Shown here in pieces: positions 35,849-45,675 of a stretch of DNA of 64,000 nt (positions are counted from its first letter, which is position 1; every line of letters starts with the position of its first letter). A model generated the notes under the pieces. The model was not told where the DNA came from. It did no database searches and was given only the letters and a program-made list of their open reading frames with translations. The DNA is taken from positions 1 to 64,000 of IMG/VR virus record IMGVR_UViG_3300043427_003220. One strand, given 5' to 3'. The translations under genes were made by a program, and so were the position numbers. Origin of the DNA: a virus (lineage: Duplodnaviria; Caudoviricetes).

Positions 35849-36094
35849 ATGGAACAGCAATGGATTAGCGCCAAAAAAGCAAAAAAAATGCTTAAAATTG
35901 ATGAAGAACAGTTAGATATTTTAGAAAAACAGGGAAAAGTTAAAACAATTCAGTCTATTGGCAATAAACTGTATCTTTTGTCTAGTCTTTCTGAAGAAAA
36001 GATTGAGTCTTTGCCACAAGAAACGCAAAAAAATATTCAAAAAAACGTATTTAAAAGATTTTTTTCTAAAGTTTTTTCTTGGCTTTCTGTTTAA
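35849..36094 (+). CDS. MerR/Xis-type HTH DNA-binding protein
   Basis: WISAKKAKKMLKI....L..LEKQGKVKTIQ..GNKLY pattern. Confidence 0.55.
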   Translation: MEQQWISAKKAKKMLKIDEEQLDILEKQGKVKTIQSIGNKLYLLSSLSEEKIESLPQETQKNIQKNVFKRFFSKVFSWLSV

Positions 36095-36134
36095 TTGTTT
36101 GAAAAAAATATATTTTTTCTAACTAGGAATTTTT

Positions 36135-36473
36135 ATGAAACATTTATTTTTATGTGTATTATTGGTTGGTTGTGCGACATCTCCGCAAGTTCCAAATTTG
36201 GCTCCACAACCAACGCCCTCCCCTACCCAAACGCCCAAACGCAAGCCAAAATACAAGGTTGGCGACTGTCTTATGATTGTAGATTTGATTAAAGGCGAAA
36301 CTGAATCTCGCCATAGAGTCAAAATTGAGAAAGTCGGCGTAGATCGTTATTACTACAGATGGCTTCTTGACGACGGACGTTGGGACTCGGAATTATCTGG
36401 CAGCGCTGGCAAATTTGAAGTTTTAGAAAAAATTTCAAAAAAAGTGTTTGACTGCCCTAAAGTTTCACAATAA
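36135..36473 (+). CDS. Lipoprotein with Pro-rich linker
   Basis: MKHLFLCVLLVGC lipobox; PQPTPSPTQTP; KYKVGD beta domain. Confidence 0.75.
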   Translation: MKHLFLCVLLVGCATSPQVPNLAPQPTPSPTQTPKRKPKYKVGDCLMIVDLIKGETESRHRVKIEKVGVDRYYYRWLLDDGRWDSELSGSAGKFEVLEKISKKVFDCPKVSQ

Positions 36474-36484
36474 ACAGTCGATAA
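36458..36484 (+). promoter_or_regulatory. Sigma-28 promoter P5
   Basis: TAAAGTTT-N11-GTCGATAA; AAGGAGG and ATG 36522 downstream. Confidence 0.82.
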
Positions 36485-36521
36485 GTCTTACATGAGCAAT
36501 TCAGCTCGTAAAGGAGGCTTT

Positions 36522-36764
36522 ATGCAGGTTTATGTAATTACTTCAGTGGTTAATTCATATGAAGATGTTTCTCCAAATTATGGCGCTGCCAGTGTGTGGT
36601 ACGAAGTGTTTCGTAATAAGGAAGATGCTGTCAACCTTTTGAAAGAATGGGGCTGCGAGCCATTGTCAGACGCAGAAGATACCTTTGCTAGAAAAAAAGA
36701 AAAAGATGGGTGTGTTTACAATTTTTATTACAAAATCAACTCTCAGTTTTTTGCAGGAGCTTAA
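36522..36764 (+). CDS. Hypothetical protein
   Basis: AAGGAGG RBS. Confidence 0.72.
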   Translation: MQVYVITSVVNSYEDVSPNYGAASVWYEVFRNKEDAVNLLKEWGCEPLSDAEDTFARKKEKDGCVYNFYYKINSQFFAGA

Positions 36765-36765
36765 G

Positions 36766-36855
36766 ATGACAGAATATCAATTTTTTTTAATTTTTGCGGT
36801 TGCCGTAGCCGCATTGTTTGTGTTGGGGTTGACGGTTAATATCATTCAAGACTAA
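36766..36855 (+). CDS. Small membrane peptide (29 aa, not in ORF track)
   Basis: MTEYQFFLIFAVAVAALFVLGLTVNIIQD; AGGAG RBS; fills the intergenic gap. Confidence 0.6.
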   Translation: MTEYQFFLIFAVAVAALFVLGLTVNIIQD

Positions 36856-36867
36856 GGAGTCACTGTC

Positions 36868-37137
36868 ATGGCTAATCCAAAAGTGATACTTCAGGCAGCA
36901 GACTTCTTGACCAAAATGAACATACCCTATAAGTCCATCAAGATGTTTGGGAAGATGCTTATGATTAATACAACGGACTATGAATCTGCTTGTATTATTG
37001 AAAGTATCCTTAATGGCTCTGGCGCAGCCAATGTCAGTGTAGAGGCTCCAGAAGACCGCTATAGCGATGACTATGCGGTGGTTGGCCTTCTAAATGATGA
37101 AATTGAATACGATGACGAGCAGGATGAAGAGCAATGA
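36868..37137 (+). CDS. Hypothetical protein
   Basis: AAGGAG RBS. Confidence 0.68.
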   Translation: MANPKVILQAADFLTKMNIPYKSIKMFGKMLMINTTDYESACIIESILNGSGAANVSVEAPEDRYSDDYAVVGLLNDEIEYDDEQDEEQ

Positions 37138-37328
37138 AACACTTAGTTGCAGCCATTATGTTTTTTCAGATTTGTGGCAATGATTTGGTAATTATTAAGA
37201 ACAATCAACCTTATGCCGTCTGCGGCACTGTAACGCAACTATGCAAAAGTCTTGACATTATTGATTTAATGCTGATTAGGCAGATTTCTTCTTGTTCAAC
37301 TTTAAAGAAGTTTAATGTTATTGAGTAG
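37134..37328 (+). CDS. Small exported Cys-rich protein
   Basis: Hydrophobic N-terminus; ATGA overlap. Confidence 0.55.
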   Translation: MKHLVAAIMFFQICGNDLVIIKNNQPYAVCGTVTQLCKSLDIIDLMLIRQISSCSTLKKFNVIE

Positions 37329-37337
37329 GAGCTTACT

Positions 37338-37940
37338 ATGCTGAAGGTACTTTTGGCTTTGTTGTTAATTGGGTGTGGAACCGTCGAGCAACAAATAATA
37401 GAAGTAGAAAAAGAAGTCCCTGTCCCGTTCTACATTGATAAGTCAAAAGTAGATTCTAAGCTGCTCCCATATGTCATGGAATTTGCAGGCCATTGTGAAA
37501 AGTTTGGAGTTTCTGAACTTTGTCAAAAAAACTTTAAAAAAATTAAATCAATTAAAACAGTTAAATCTTTTTCTGAAAAAATGGTTTTGGGCAAGTGCTA
37601 TATGCACCATAGTGGTCAAAGGTGGGTTGAGGTCACAGAAAGTTGGTACAACTTGGATTCACACTCCATGCGCACTGTCATTATTCATGAGATGATGCAC
37701 TGCACTTTGGCTGCTGGAGACGCCGAAATCTTTCCTCACTACGACGACGAAGAAGACATCATGAACAGCTACCTTTTGTCAGAAAAAACTTTGTTTTTTA
37801 ATTGGCCGGCTTTGTTGAAGGCTGTGTTTCTTAGGGCTGGCGGGACTTTGTCATTGACAAGCCCAGCAGAGACTGCTACAGTAACGCAAACCATAATGGA
37901 CGAAACGGGAGGAATATCTTGTGAAGCCAGAAAAGATTAG
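37338..37940 (+). CDS. Lipoprotein zinc metallopeptidase (matrixin-like)
   Basis: LLLIGC lipobox; VIIHEMMHC, third His and DIMN Met-turn-like motif. Confidence 0.72.
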   Translation: MLKVLLALLLIGCGTVEQQIIEVEKEVPVPFYIDKSKVDSKLLPYVMEFAGHCEKFGVSELCQKNFKKIKSIKTVKSFSEKMVLGKCYMHHSGQRWVEVTESWYNLDSHSMRTVIIHEMMHCTLAAGDAEIFPHYDDEEDIMNSYLLSEKTLFFNWPALLKAVFLRAGGTLSLTSPAETATVTQTIMDETGGISCEARKD

Positions 37941-38295
37941 TTACGAAGCACTAAAAGAACAATTTCCAGAACTGCTTGATAAGTGCCCGATTGAAGTTAG
38001 AGAGGGATGGTACGGACTTGTTTGGGATATGTGTGAGCAGATATTGGCTGCACGCAAAGCCAAAAATATACCGATTGATGAAGAGAATCCCTTTTATTTT
38101 GTGCAAATTAAAGAAAAGTTTGGCACTTTGAGGGCATATGCTTCTTGGTCAACAGAGGAAGATGAAAAGATTATTTCTATGTTTGAAGATATGAGTCAGT
38201 TTGTCTGCGATGCCTGCGGCGGTGTTGGAAAACTCAGGGGTCAGTATTGGCTCTATACGGCCTGCGATGAGCATACAAACCCTAAAGACAGGTAA
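37921..38295 (+). CDS. Conserved phage hypothetical protein
   Basis: GWY.LV, QIKEKFGTLR.Y, CDACG..G.LR...W..TAC..H. Confidence 0.75.
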   Translation: MKPEKISYEALKEQFPELLDKCPIEVREGWYGLVWDMCEQILAARKAKNIPIDEENPFYFVQIKEKFGTLRAYASWSTEEDEKIISMFEDMSQFVCDACGGVGKLRGQYWLYTACDEHTNPKDR

Positions 38296-38298
38296 GAT

Positions 38299-39201
38299 AT
38301 GGATTTCTTTAAGTTTTTGCGAGTCACTGAAGCAGCAGCTATTGCTAGTTCTAAGTGGATTGGCAAGATGGACAAAAATGCAGCAGATGGAGCTGCTGTA
38401 GATGCCATGAGGGCAGAATTTGATTTTATGGATATTCAAGGCGTTGTGGCTATCGGTGAAGGCGAACTCGACGAAGCTCCTATGTTGTACATTGGCGAAA
38501 AGTTAGGGACAGGCCGTGGTGACAAGTATGACATTGCTGTAGACCCACTAGAGGGGACTGAGTTGGTTGCTAAGGGTAAACCCAATGCTATCTCTGTTAT
38601 GGCTGTAGGAGATTGGGGTTGCCTCATGAGAGCGCCTGATTGCTATATGGATAAGATAGTTGTGGGTTCAAACGCTAAAAGTGCTCTAGTAAGTCTATTC
38701 AAGACTCCTGAGCAAAACCTTAAAGCAATTGCCGACACAATGAGGAGGCCAGTCAAAGACCTGACTGTTTGTGTTTTAGATAGGCCAAGACATATTGATT
38801 TGATTAAAGAAATTACCCAATTAGGGGCTAAAATATCACTTATCAGTGACGGCGACGTACTCGCTGCTATTGGTGTGTGTATGGGCAAGTACGATGTGTT
38901 GATGGGTATTGGCGGCGCTCCAGAGGGTGTTGTATCGGCTGCAGCAGTCAAGAGTCTGGGTGGAAGGATTCTAGGACGTTTAGTATTAGATACATCAGAA
39001 CTCAAAGAACGAGCCGCCAAGATGCACAAACGCGAAGATATAGAGTACGATACGGTAGATATGGCTCATGGTGAACATATAGCCTTTATTGCGACGGGAG
39101 TGACAGACTCTTTCTTGTTGAACGGAGTCATCCACAATGAGGTCCATTCAGTTATACTGACTCCAAAAGAAAGAAGATTCATAAAGACAACTTATGGCTA
39201 A
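38299..39201 (+). CDS. glpX: Class II fructose-1,6-bisphosphatase
   Basis: RVTEAAA, GEGELDEAPMLYIGE, DIAVDPLEGT, APDCYMDK, LDRPRH, SDGDV, GIGGAPEGV, ATGVT. Confidence 0.96.
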   Translation: MDFFKFLRVTEAAAIASSKWIGKMDKNAADGAAVDAMRAEFDFMDIQGVVAIGEGELDEAPMLYIGEKLGTGRGDKYDIAVDPLEGTELVAKGKPNAISVMAVGDWGCLMRAPDCYMDKIVVGSNAKSALVSLFKTPEQNLKAIADTMRRPVKDLTVCVLDRPRHIDLIKEITQLGAKISLISDGDVLAAIGVCMGKYDVLMGIGGAPEGVVSAAAVKSLGGRILGRLVLDTSELKERAAKMHKREDIEYDTVDMAHGEHIAFIATGVTDSFLLNGVIHNEVHSVILTPKERRFIKTTYG

Positions 39202-41170
39202 GAAAAAAGAACCAGAAATAACAGAAGAACAGCGACTGCGCATTGAGATGCGTAAGCGCCTTTTGTTTACTATTTGTGAATCTAAAGAAGAGCTTCAACA
39301 ATTTATTAAAACTTTCCTTAAGCTAGATTTGCCAGACTGTACAGTAGACGAACTGTCTACTTCTAATCCTATGGAGTCAGTTTGGCAAATTTACTGTACA
39401 ATGAGGACCAACAAGGGCGCCCATCGTGTTGTCGTGGCTGCTTCTCGTAACTCAATGAAGACCGTTATGTCGGCAGTCATTCACTGGTTGGCCATGGTTC
39501 ACTTTAGAAGGTCATGCCTGCAGATTGCCGCCATCAAAGACCAATCTTATAAGGCAATCAAGTATCTTAAGAAATTCCTCCGTATTCCGGAACTTCAAGA
39601 CCACTTTGAAACAAACAGAGCAGGCGAACTTAGACTATCTAATTTGCCTCCCAACTCATATACATCTAAAGATGATGCAGACGTATTTGTGACAGCAGCA
39701 ACCCTTGAAGGTGCTAACTCATCACGTGCGTCTATTATCATTCGAGATGAGTGTGACTTAACACCCAGAGAGATTCTTTCAGAAGTTGCTATGGTTGCCG
39801 ACCCTACTCAAGACGAACACGGCTTTGAGCCAATCACAATTTCTTTGTCGTCTCGCAAGACTTCTCAGGGACCCTTGCAAGAATTGATGGAAGAGGCCGA
39901 GAAGGGCGAAGATACGGACATTAGGTTGGATAAGTGGTCAGCAGTAGACTTCATGAGAAAGTGCCCTCCCGAAGTTCACGGAGAGAAAAGACTCAAGGCA
40001 TACCTTCATACGGAAAACCTTAAAGTTAGATGGGATGAGGAGACATTTCAAGAAGAGCCGCAGGCTATCAAAACCAAGTACAAAGAAATATTGGCCTACG
40101 AAGGCTGCGTTACTTGTCCTGCGTTTATTGCCTGTCAAGCTCGCGCTCCTAAGCAAACAGGCAAGTCAAAGACATTAAGAACAATTGCCTTTACGGGCAA
40201 CTTTATTAAAGAAACCAAAGAAGCCAATAAGATTATTGCCCAGATTTTGAACTGGCGTCCTGAAACCGGCGGCTTAGTGTTTCCTACGTTTAGTCGTCAT
40301 CTTCACGTGAGAAACGTGGAAGAAACTTGGCTTTGGGTAACTGGTCAACAATGGAAAGCGAATAGAAAATGCACTAAGCAGGATGTCTATGCTTGGGCAG
40401 TGACGAACAAGTGGGAAGTTAGCTTCGGTGTTGACTGGGGTGTTAGAGATGCCGCCGTGGTTACGGTAATTCTGTATTCACAAACTCAATCGCGTTGCAT
40501 TGTTTTAAGCGTTCGCGCAGCTACGGGCTACCCTAACTCTCAGTGGGCTGAAACTATTAGACAAAAAGAATGTATGACTTTTCCGCCAGACATTATCTGC
40601 CCTGATATGGCTGATGCTGGCTCGGCCCATTATTTTCAGCCGTATGGTTTCGCCGTCAAAACTAAAAAGCCAGCTCAAATTGAAACAGGTGTAAGCCAAA
40701 TTCAGTCGTTATTGTGGAATGTCGAAAGACAAGAGGCCGACGTAGTATTTTGCAAGACGGAAAACGATTCGGGGATGGACTTTGCTATTGATTGTATGAT
40801 TGGTTGGATGCACAAGAAAGACCCCCGTGGAGAGTTTGACACAAGTCGATACGAAGACGATGATAACACTCACTTTCCCGATGCTTTTCGTTATGCGTTG
40901 GACAAATATCGAACTTCTATGGAAATTCGTATCGCCTCCAAAAAGAATATTGAACAGGCCCCCATGACTCGCGAACAAGCCTATCGCAAAGATATTGATG
41001 CCGCTATGTACGATACCTATAAAGAAATGGGCGTCCCTATGATGCCGTCGCAACTAGCTGAAATGACTATAGACGCTTACAGAAAAGCTGGCATGGGGCA
41101 CCTTATTGAGGGTGATTCTCAGGGGCCGGCTCCTGAGCCAAAGAAAAAATTAATCAAATTTAGTATTTAA
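39194..41170 (+). CDS. terL: Terminase large subunit
   Basis: Walker A-like ASRNSMKT, Walker B IIRDECD, nuclease FGVDWG and HFPDAFRYA. Confidence 0.85.
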   Translation: MAKKKEPEITEEQRLRIEMRKRLLFTICESKEELQQFIKTFLKLDLPDCTVDELSTSNPMESVWQIYCTMRTNKGAHRVVVAASRNSMKTVMSAVIHWLAMVHFRRSCLQIAAIKDQSYKAIKYLKKFLRIPELQDHFETNRAGELRLSNLPPNSYTSKDDADVFVTAATLEGANSSRASIIIRDECDLTPREILSEVAMVADPTQDEHGFEPITISLSSRKTSQGPLQELMEEAEKGEDTDIRLDKWSAVDFMRKCPPEVHGEKRLKAYLHTENLKVRWDEETFQEEPQAIKTKYKEILAYEGCVTCPAFIACQARAPKQTGKSKTLRTIAFTGNFIKETKEANKIIAQILNWRPETGGLVFPTFSRHLHVRNVEETWLWVTGQQWKANRKCTKQDVYAWAVTNKWEVSFGVDWGVRDAAVVTVILYSQTQSRCIVLSVRAATGYPNSQWAETIRQKECMTFPPDIICPDMADAGSAHYFQPYGFAVKTKKPAQIETGVSQIQSLLWNVERQEADVVFCKTENDSGMDFAIDCMIGWMHKKDPRGEFDTSRYEDDDNTHFPDAFRYALDKYRTSMEIRIASKKNIEQAPMTREQAYRKDIDAAMYDTYKEMGVPMMPSQLAEMTIDAYRKAGMGHLIEGDSQGPAPEPKKKLIKFSI

Positions 41171-41179
41171 TGTTAAAAT
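41171..41179 (+). promoter_or_regulatory. Extended -10 promoter candidate
   Basis: TG-T-TAAAAT about 30 nt before ATG 41211. Confidence 0.5.
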
Positions 41180-41210
41180 GTACCATAGTTTCAACTAAAG
41201 GAGAAAAAAC

Positions 41211-41474
41211 ATGGCTCTATCAGATAAAGCAAAACAATACCTTGAGTACGCTCTTGCAAGCCAAGAAGTAGCTGACGAAGTCGTTGCTTCTCTTGACAAG
41301 CAAGCCGAAACCGTTGCCGCTATTGGCGCTACAGCAAACCTCGTCGGTACAGACGGCGCTGGCGGAGCTGGAGATGCGGCACCACTTGCTGGAACTGAAT
41401 CACGCCTCGATGCGGTCGAAGCTAAAATCGACTCCGTTATTGCCGCTCTTAAAGCCGCAGGACTAATGAAGTAA
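41211..41474 (+). CDS. Putative head fibre/decoration protein
   Basis: Ala/Gly-rich; C-terminal KIDSVIAALKAAGLM typical of head-fibre proteins; AAGGAG RBS. Confidence 0.6.
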   Translation: MALSDKAKQYLEYALASQEVADEVVASLDKQAETVAAIGATANLVGTDGAGGAGDAAPLAGTESRLDAVEAKIDSVIAALKAAGLMK

Positions 41475-41476
41475 TA

Positions 41477-41809
41477 ATGATTGGCCACGTAAAAGATGTA
41501 ATTAAGGGAAAAGCTAAGCTTTTTTCAAAGCGTTCTTCTAGGTGGCCATCATTACGCAAATCTTATTTAGAGACTAATAACTCATGTGCAGCTTGCGGCT
41601 GCACAGAGTTTTTAGAAGTGCATCACATTGAACCGTTTCATGAAAATCCTTCCTTAGAGCTAGAAGCAAGTAATCTTATTACGCTGTGCGACAAACCTGG
41701 CAAAGATAATTGTCATCTTGAGATTGGCCATCTTGGCAGCTTTAAGAGCAAAAATCCGAATGTTCGAGAAGATGCAGCCAAAGCCCTTCAAGAAAAAATT
41801 AAAGAATAA
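41477..41809 (+). CDS. HNH endonuclease (packaging-associated type)
   Basis: CAACG...LEVHHIEP...NLITLC....CH; close to terL. Confidence 0.88.
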   Translation: MIGHVKDVIKGKAKLFSKRSSRWPSLRKSYLETNNSCAACGCTEFLEVHHIEPFHENPSLELEASNLITLCDKPGKDNCHLEIGHLGSFKSKNPNVREDAAKALQEKIKE

Positions 41810-41826
41810 ATTCCACAGTCCGATGA
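41800..41826 (+). promoter_or_regulatory. Sigma-28 promoter P6
   Basis: TAAAG..: TAAA-N15-TCCGATGA; GGGGGTGG then ATG 41847. Confidence 0.65.
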
Positions 41827-41846
41827 GAAACTCATGGGGGTGGACT

Positions 41847-41951
41847 ATGAACCTTATTTTAAGTGCAATTGTTGTTTTTGTTGGTTATTGCATGATTAAA
41901 ATTGGTCTTTTTTGGATTGGATTGCTTATGTGGATTTTAAATTTGCTGTAA
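41847..41951 (+). CDS. Small membrane peptide (34 aa)
   Basis: MNLILSAIVVFVGYCMIKIGLFWIGLLMWILNLL; strong RBS. Confidence 0.62.
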   Translation: MNLILSAIVVFVGYCMIKIGLFWIGLLMWILNLL

Positions 41952-41986
41952 AATTAAGTTGGCTGTTCGACCAATAAAGGACCCAA

Positions 41987-42307
41987 ATGAAAAATATTTA
42001 CGTCTGTGCCCCTTGGCGTGACCCGAACTCTATCCTTCAATTCAAACAAATCTGCAATAAAATCATTCAGATGGGGCACAATCCAATCTGTTGGGAAATA
42101 ATGTACTCGTCGCTTCTTGACTTTTCTGATTATAAAAACAGAGACAAGGCGCTGAATATGGGTTTATCCCTCATGAATACTTGTCACGAAGTGTGGTTAT
42201 TTGGAGCCAAGACTCCATCAATGCTTCAAGAGATAGAGTTGGCCAAAATAAAAGAATTGACAATTGTGGAGCACTCTCTTCTTGACTTTCTTCATAGTTC
42301 AAGGTAA
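41987..42307 (+). CDS. Nucleoside 2-deoxyribosyltransferase-like (DUF4406-type) protein
   Basis: IYVCAP, GHNPI, L...CHEVWLFG...SM..EIELA. Confidence 0.65.
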   Translation: MKNIYVCAPWRDPNSILQFKQICNKIIQMGHNPICWEIMYSSLLDFSDYKNRDKALNMGLSLMNTCHEVWLFGAKTPSMLQEIELAKIKELTIVEHSLLDFLHSSR

Positions 42308-42310
42308 AAT
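42282..42310 (+). promoter_or_regulatory. Sigma-70-like promoter
   Basis: TTGACT-N17-TAAAAT. Confidence 0.65.
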
Positions 42311-42334
42311 GTCGAAGACTATAGGAGTTTTCGC

Positions 42335-43315
42335 ATGTCCTATCTATCTTTGACTCTAAATACAGCGGCCTCTTCAGTTGAAAACCCGCTAAAATCAACA
42401 ACCGCAGCAACTATGAACTTTGAAGTTGCTGGACTAGTCCTCGATATTGCCGAGGGCTTTAGCGTATCTCTTGACCCCTATGAAGAGCGCATTATTGCGT
42501 CAACTCGCAAGTCACTGTCTCTTGACGCCACAACACAACTTCAGATTATTCAGCCTTATAATAGTTTAGGGCAGGAATCTCTTTGGAGAGTGCAGTGGAT
42601 TGGCGGCACAAACCCTAACTTTCGTGTTAGAAGGTCACTTACGGTTAACTCTACGACCACCGTCAGCGTAACTCGCCTTAATGATATTGTTGCTCGTGTG
42701 CAGTTTTCAGGAGCAATTGGCTCGAATGCAAAATTAAACGATATTCTTCTCTTTGAAAAAGACAATGATATTGGTTTACAATCTCCTTTCAATGCGGTCA
42801 ATACCGGCATTCCTTGTCGTATTGTAGGAGTTGGAGCAGACTTCCTCGACGTGGAAGATTCAGGAGTTCTTGTTAATGACCCAAGTGTTCTCCTTGGCGT
42901 TGATTATCTCGATGTACTCAAAGTCTTTTCCGCTATTGGTGCTCAAATCACTGATACTCTGAGTATTTCATCTTCTGCATTCAACTACGGAAACCGAGGT
43001 TCGTTCAAGATTGTTGCTGTGTCGGCAGACTATATTGACATTGAAGCGCCATCTCTTGTTCCCGAAACGGTATCCAACATTACCGAAGGTTTTAGAATTT
43101 TCATTAATACTATTTATTACATTGCCCTGAAGGCAAAGGGTTCGTTTAAGTTGGTCGTTGATGAAAAAGAACTTGACCTTTCTCCGTTAGGTGATACAGC
43201 TATATTTGCAAGCTCCGTGACTTGCTCAGAAGTTATTGTTAAGAATATGTCTGATGGTATGTTGTCTGTTGAGGGTCTTTGGTGCGCTTCTGGTATAAAC
43301 GGAACTGCTTGTTAA
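42335..43315 (+). CDS. Putative virion structural protein
   Basis: Beta-rich protein immediately upstream of portal; AGGAG RBS. Confidence 0.55.
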   Translation: MSYLSLTLNTAASSVENPLKSTTAATMNFEVAGLVLDIAEGFSVSLDPYEERIIASTRKSLSLDATTQLQIIQPYNSLGQESLWRVQWIGGTNPNFRVRRSLTVNSTTTVSVTRLNDIVARVQFSGAIGSNAKLNDILLFEKDNDIGLQSPFNAVNTGIPCRIVGVGADFLDVEDSGVLVNDPSVLLGVDYLDVLKVFSAIGAQITDTLSISSSAFNYGNRGSFKIVAVSADYIDIEAPSLVPETVSNITEGFRIFINTIYYIALKAKGSFKLVVDEKELDLSPLGDTAIFASSVTCSEVIVKNMSDGMLSVEGLWCASGINGTAC

Positions 43316-43330
43316 TAATAGGAAATTTCA

Positions 43331-45325
43331 ATGTCAGACGATAAGAAAATTACTATCAAAATAGCAGACGGCATAAGTCCAGACGAAAACATCAACGTCA
43401 ACTCGATTGATGATGTGACTGGAATCATTAAGCAGCGCCTTGGTCGCACAATGCTATCTAAGTCCGATGTCCAAAAAATCAACGAAGAAGAGTTCAAAAA
43501 GCGCAAATACAAACAATCTAAAGTCAAGTTTGGTTCACGCTTTAATACTCGCATTGGTGTAGGCGACTCTCTTTCAAAAGAGCCCAAGCGCCTCTCAGAC
43601 GCTGAACTCAAAGAGCTTTCATTGATTGACCCATATATTGGCGCAATCATCAACACCCGTGTTGCCCAAATTTCTAGCTTTGGTGCCCAATCTGAGTCTA
43701 AGTTTGACAAGGGTGTTCGCGTTATCGACCTAGAAGAGATTCGCCGTGAAGACTTTGAGACAGAAGAAGCTTTTGAGCGCGAACTCAAACTTCGTGAAGC
43801 GGAAAAGAAAGCCATCCTTGAGTGGGTACTGAAGTGCGGCACGTCGGACAAAAGAATCCTTGATGAGATGTATGAAGCCGCCGACCCTACTTTCAAGCAT
43901 TGTTCTTTGAAGGACTACTTTCAGGCTCAGTCCCGTGCATTGTTGACGTTTGGCCGTAGTGCTAGACAGAACCTTCTAAATGCTGATGGGACTATCTGCG
44001 CTTTTAGGCCAACTCCTATTGAGACTATCAAGCAAGTTAAGTTTGGCTCTAAGGTTCATGTAACCGCTGTCTCTGATATTGCTCAGCAGTCAGAAGTAGA
44101 CGCTGAGCAGTACAACAAGATTCCTGTAAACGACAAGCCCATCGCTTACGTACAAGAAGTAGACGGCGTTCAGACTGGTTTCTTTACTGAAGAAGACTTG
44201 AAAGTTGTTTACTATCAAGTTCAATCATTCCTTGACCTCAATGGTTACCCAATGGGGCCTATTGAGTTTGCTTTGTTCTTGGTTTACATTCATCAGCACA
44301 CATTGAGTTACCTCCGCAATCAGTTTGTAAAGGGTCAGCTCTCAAAGAGCATGATTGTCATTAGGCCAACCGACCCATCAGTCAAAATTTCTGATGAAGA
44401 TATTGAATCTTTTAAGATGGAGATTCAAAACCTAGCCACAAGAACAGACAATAGTGCTGTCATTCCAGTCATTGGTGGGCCGGTTGAGCTTGAACTTATC
44501 AAGACAACCGAGACTCCAAAAGATATGGAATGGATGCAGGTCGAGCAAACGGTCATTCGTGCATTGTGCTCTGCCTTTCAGATTTCCCCTACAGAAGCTG
44601 GCTTTGGACAGTTGGGCGATACTGCAGGCATGGGGCAAGGTTCACGTGACTACGAACTTGTTCAAGGTGAAGAGCGCGGCCTAAGACTCTTAGTAGATAT
44701 CTTGATGGAAGACATCAATGATGCCGTCTATCAAAACTTCCCCGAAGCCAAGAAGCGTTACAAGGTAGCAGCATTCGGCGTTGGTAATGAGACACGTGAA
44801 GGCGTGTTGCAACGCCAAGTCCAAGAGCTACAGACGACAGCAACTCTAAATTCGCTGTTCAGCGATTCTGACAAAAATAGACAATTTGAGTATGGCGGCG
44901 ACGTTCCTCTAGCCCCAGCATTCCACCAAAACGTGGCTCGCTATATGACTTATGGAAAGTTTATGGAAACGTACTTTGGAATGGAAGGTGCAAGTAAGCG
45001 CCCAGAGTTAGACTTTATTATTGACCCCAACCTCAATCAAGCCTATCAGCAACTCAAGATGGGTATGCAGCAGATGCAGGCTCAGCAGCAGGCATTGGGA
45101 TTGCAGGGCCAACAGATGCAGCTTGAGATGCAACAGGCTCAGATGCAACAGGCGGCTCAAGGCGGACAACCACAACAGGGTCAACCTCAACAACAGCCAG
45201 AAGAGCAGCAGAAGTCAGAAGACGTTGAGCTTCAAAAAGCATGGGAAGAGTCTATGAAGTCTAACCACGAAAGCCTATTGAAATCATGGCTTAGGATTCA
45301 TGACTCAAAGATTGATGAAGAATAA
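43331..45325 (+). CDS. Portal protein
   Basis: AIINTRVAQI, GYPMGPIEFA, KDMEW..ALCSAFQISPTEAGF, RGLR.L; Q-rich C-terminus. Confidence 0.88.
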   Translation: MSDDKKITIKIADGISPDENINVNSIDDVTGIIKQRLGRTMLSKSDVQKINEEEFKKRKYKQSKVKFGSRFNTRIGVGDSLSKEPKRLSDAELKELSLIDPYIGAIINTRVAQISSFGAQSESKFDKGVRVIDLEEIRREDFETEEAFERELKLREAEKKAILEWVLKCGTSDKRILDEMYEAADPTFKHCSLKDYFQAQSRALLTFGRSARQNLLNADGTICAFRPTPIETIKQVKFGSKVHVTAVSDIAQQSEVDAEQYNKIPVNDKPIAYVQEVDGVQTGFFTEEDLKVVYYQVQSFLDLNGYPMGPIEFALFLVYIHQHTLSYLRNQFVKGQLSKSMIVIRPTDPSVKISDEDIESFKMEIQNLATRTDNSAVIPVIGGPVELELIKTTETPKDMEWMQVEQTVIRALCSAFQISPTEAGFGQLGDTAGMGQGSRDYELVQGEERGLRLLVDILMEDINDAVYQNFPEAKKRYKVAAFGVGNETREGVLQRQVQELQTTATLNSLFSDSDKNRQFEYGGDVPLAPAFHQNVARYMTYGKFMETYFGMEGASKRPELDFIIDPNLNQAYQQLKMGMQQMQAQQQALGLQGQQMQLEMQQAQMQQAAQGGQPQQGQPQQQPEEQQKSEDVELQKAWEESMKSNHESLLKSWLRIHDSKIDEE

Positions 45326-45326
45326 T

Positions 45327-45354
45327 TAAAGTTCGTTCCCGTGTGTTCCGATAA
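45327..45354 (+). promoter_or_regulatory. Sigma-28 promoter P7
   Basis: TAAAGTTC..: TAAA-N16-TCCGATAA; GGAGGT then ATG 45376. Confidence 0.75.
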
Positions 45355-45375
45355 TTGTACTTGGAGGTACCCGTT

Positions 45376-45675
45376 ATGAGTAAAGCAGTAGAAGCAAGAG
45401 AACTAGCAGACAAGTTTAATGACCCTGAGCAAAAAGACAAAAGATTGCAGGGTCTTATGGATTTTATTGTTGATATTCTTTTGGAAGATGCTATTAATGC
45501 TGCTAAGCGCGGTCTTTATGACATGTCTTACAAAATGGGTGACATGGAAAAAGAGCGTATCCGTCTTGCTAACCTCCAAGAAGAAGAAGTTACTAAAAAA
45601 GTAATTGATAAGATGAATCAGCTTGGATTTCAGGCTGGTTTTAGCCGTCCCTACATCAACGTCTCATGGAAATAA
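45376..45675 (+). CDS. Hypothetical protein
   Basis: GGAGGT RBS. Confidence 0.72.
   Translation: MSKAVEARELADKFNDPEQKDKRLQGLMDFIVDILLEDAINAAKRGLYDMSYKMGDMEKERIRLANLQEEEVTKKVIDKMNQLGFQAGFSRPYINVSWK

Noticed and set aside
39194-41170. Intein or intron in terL
   Set aside because: The Cys-rich insert has no intein splice-junction or LAGLIDADG motifs, and the ORF is continuous
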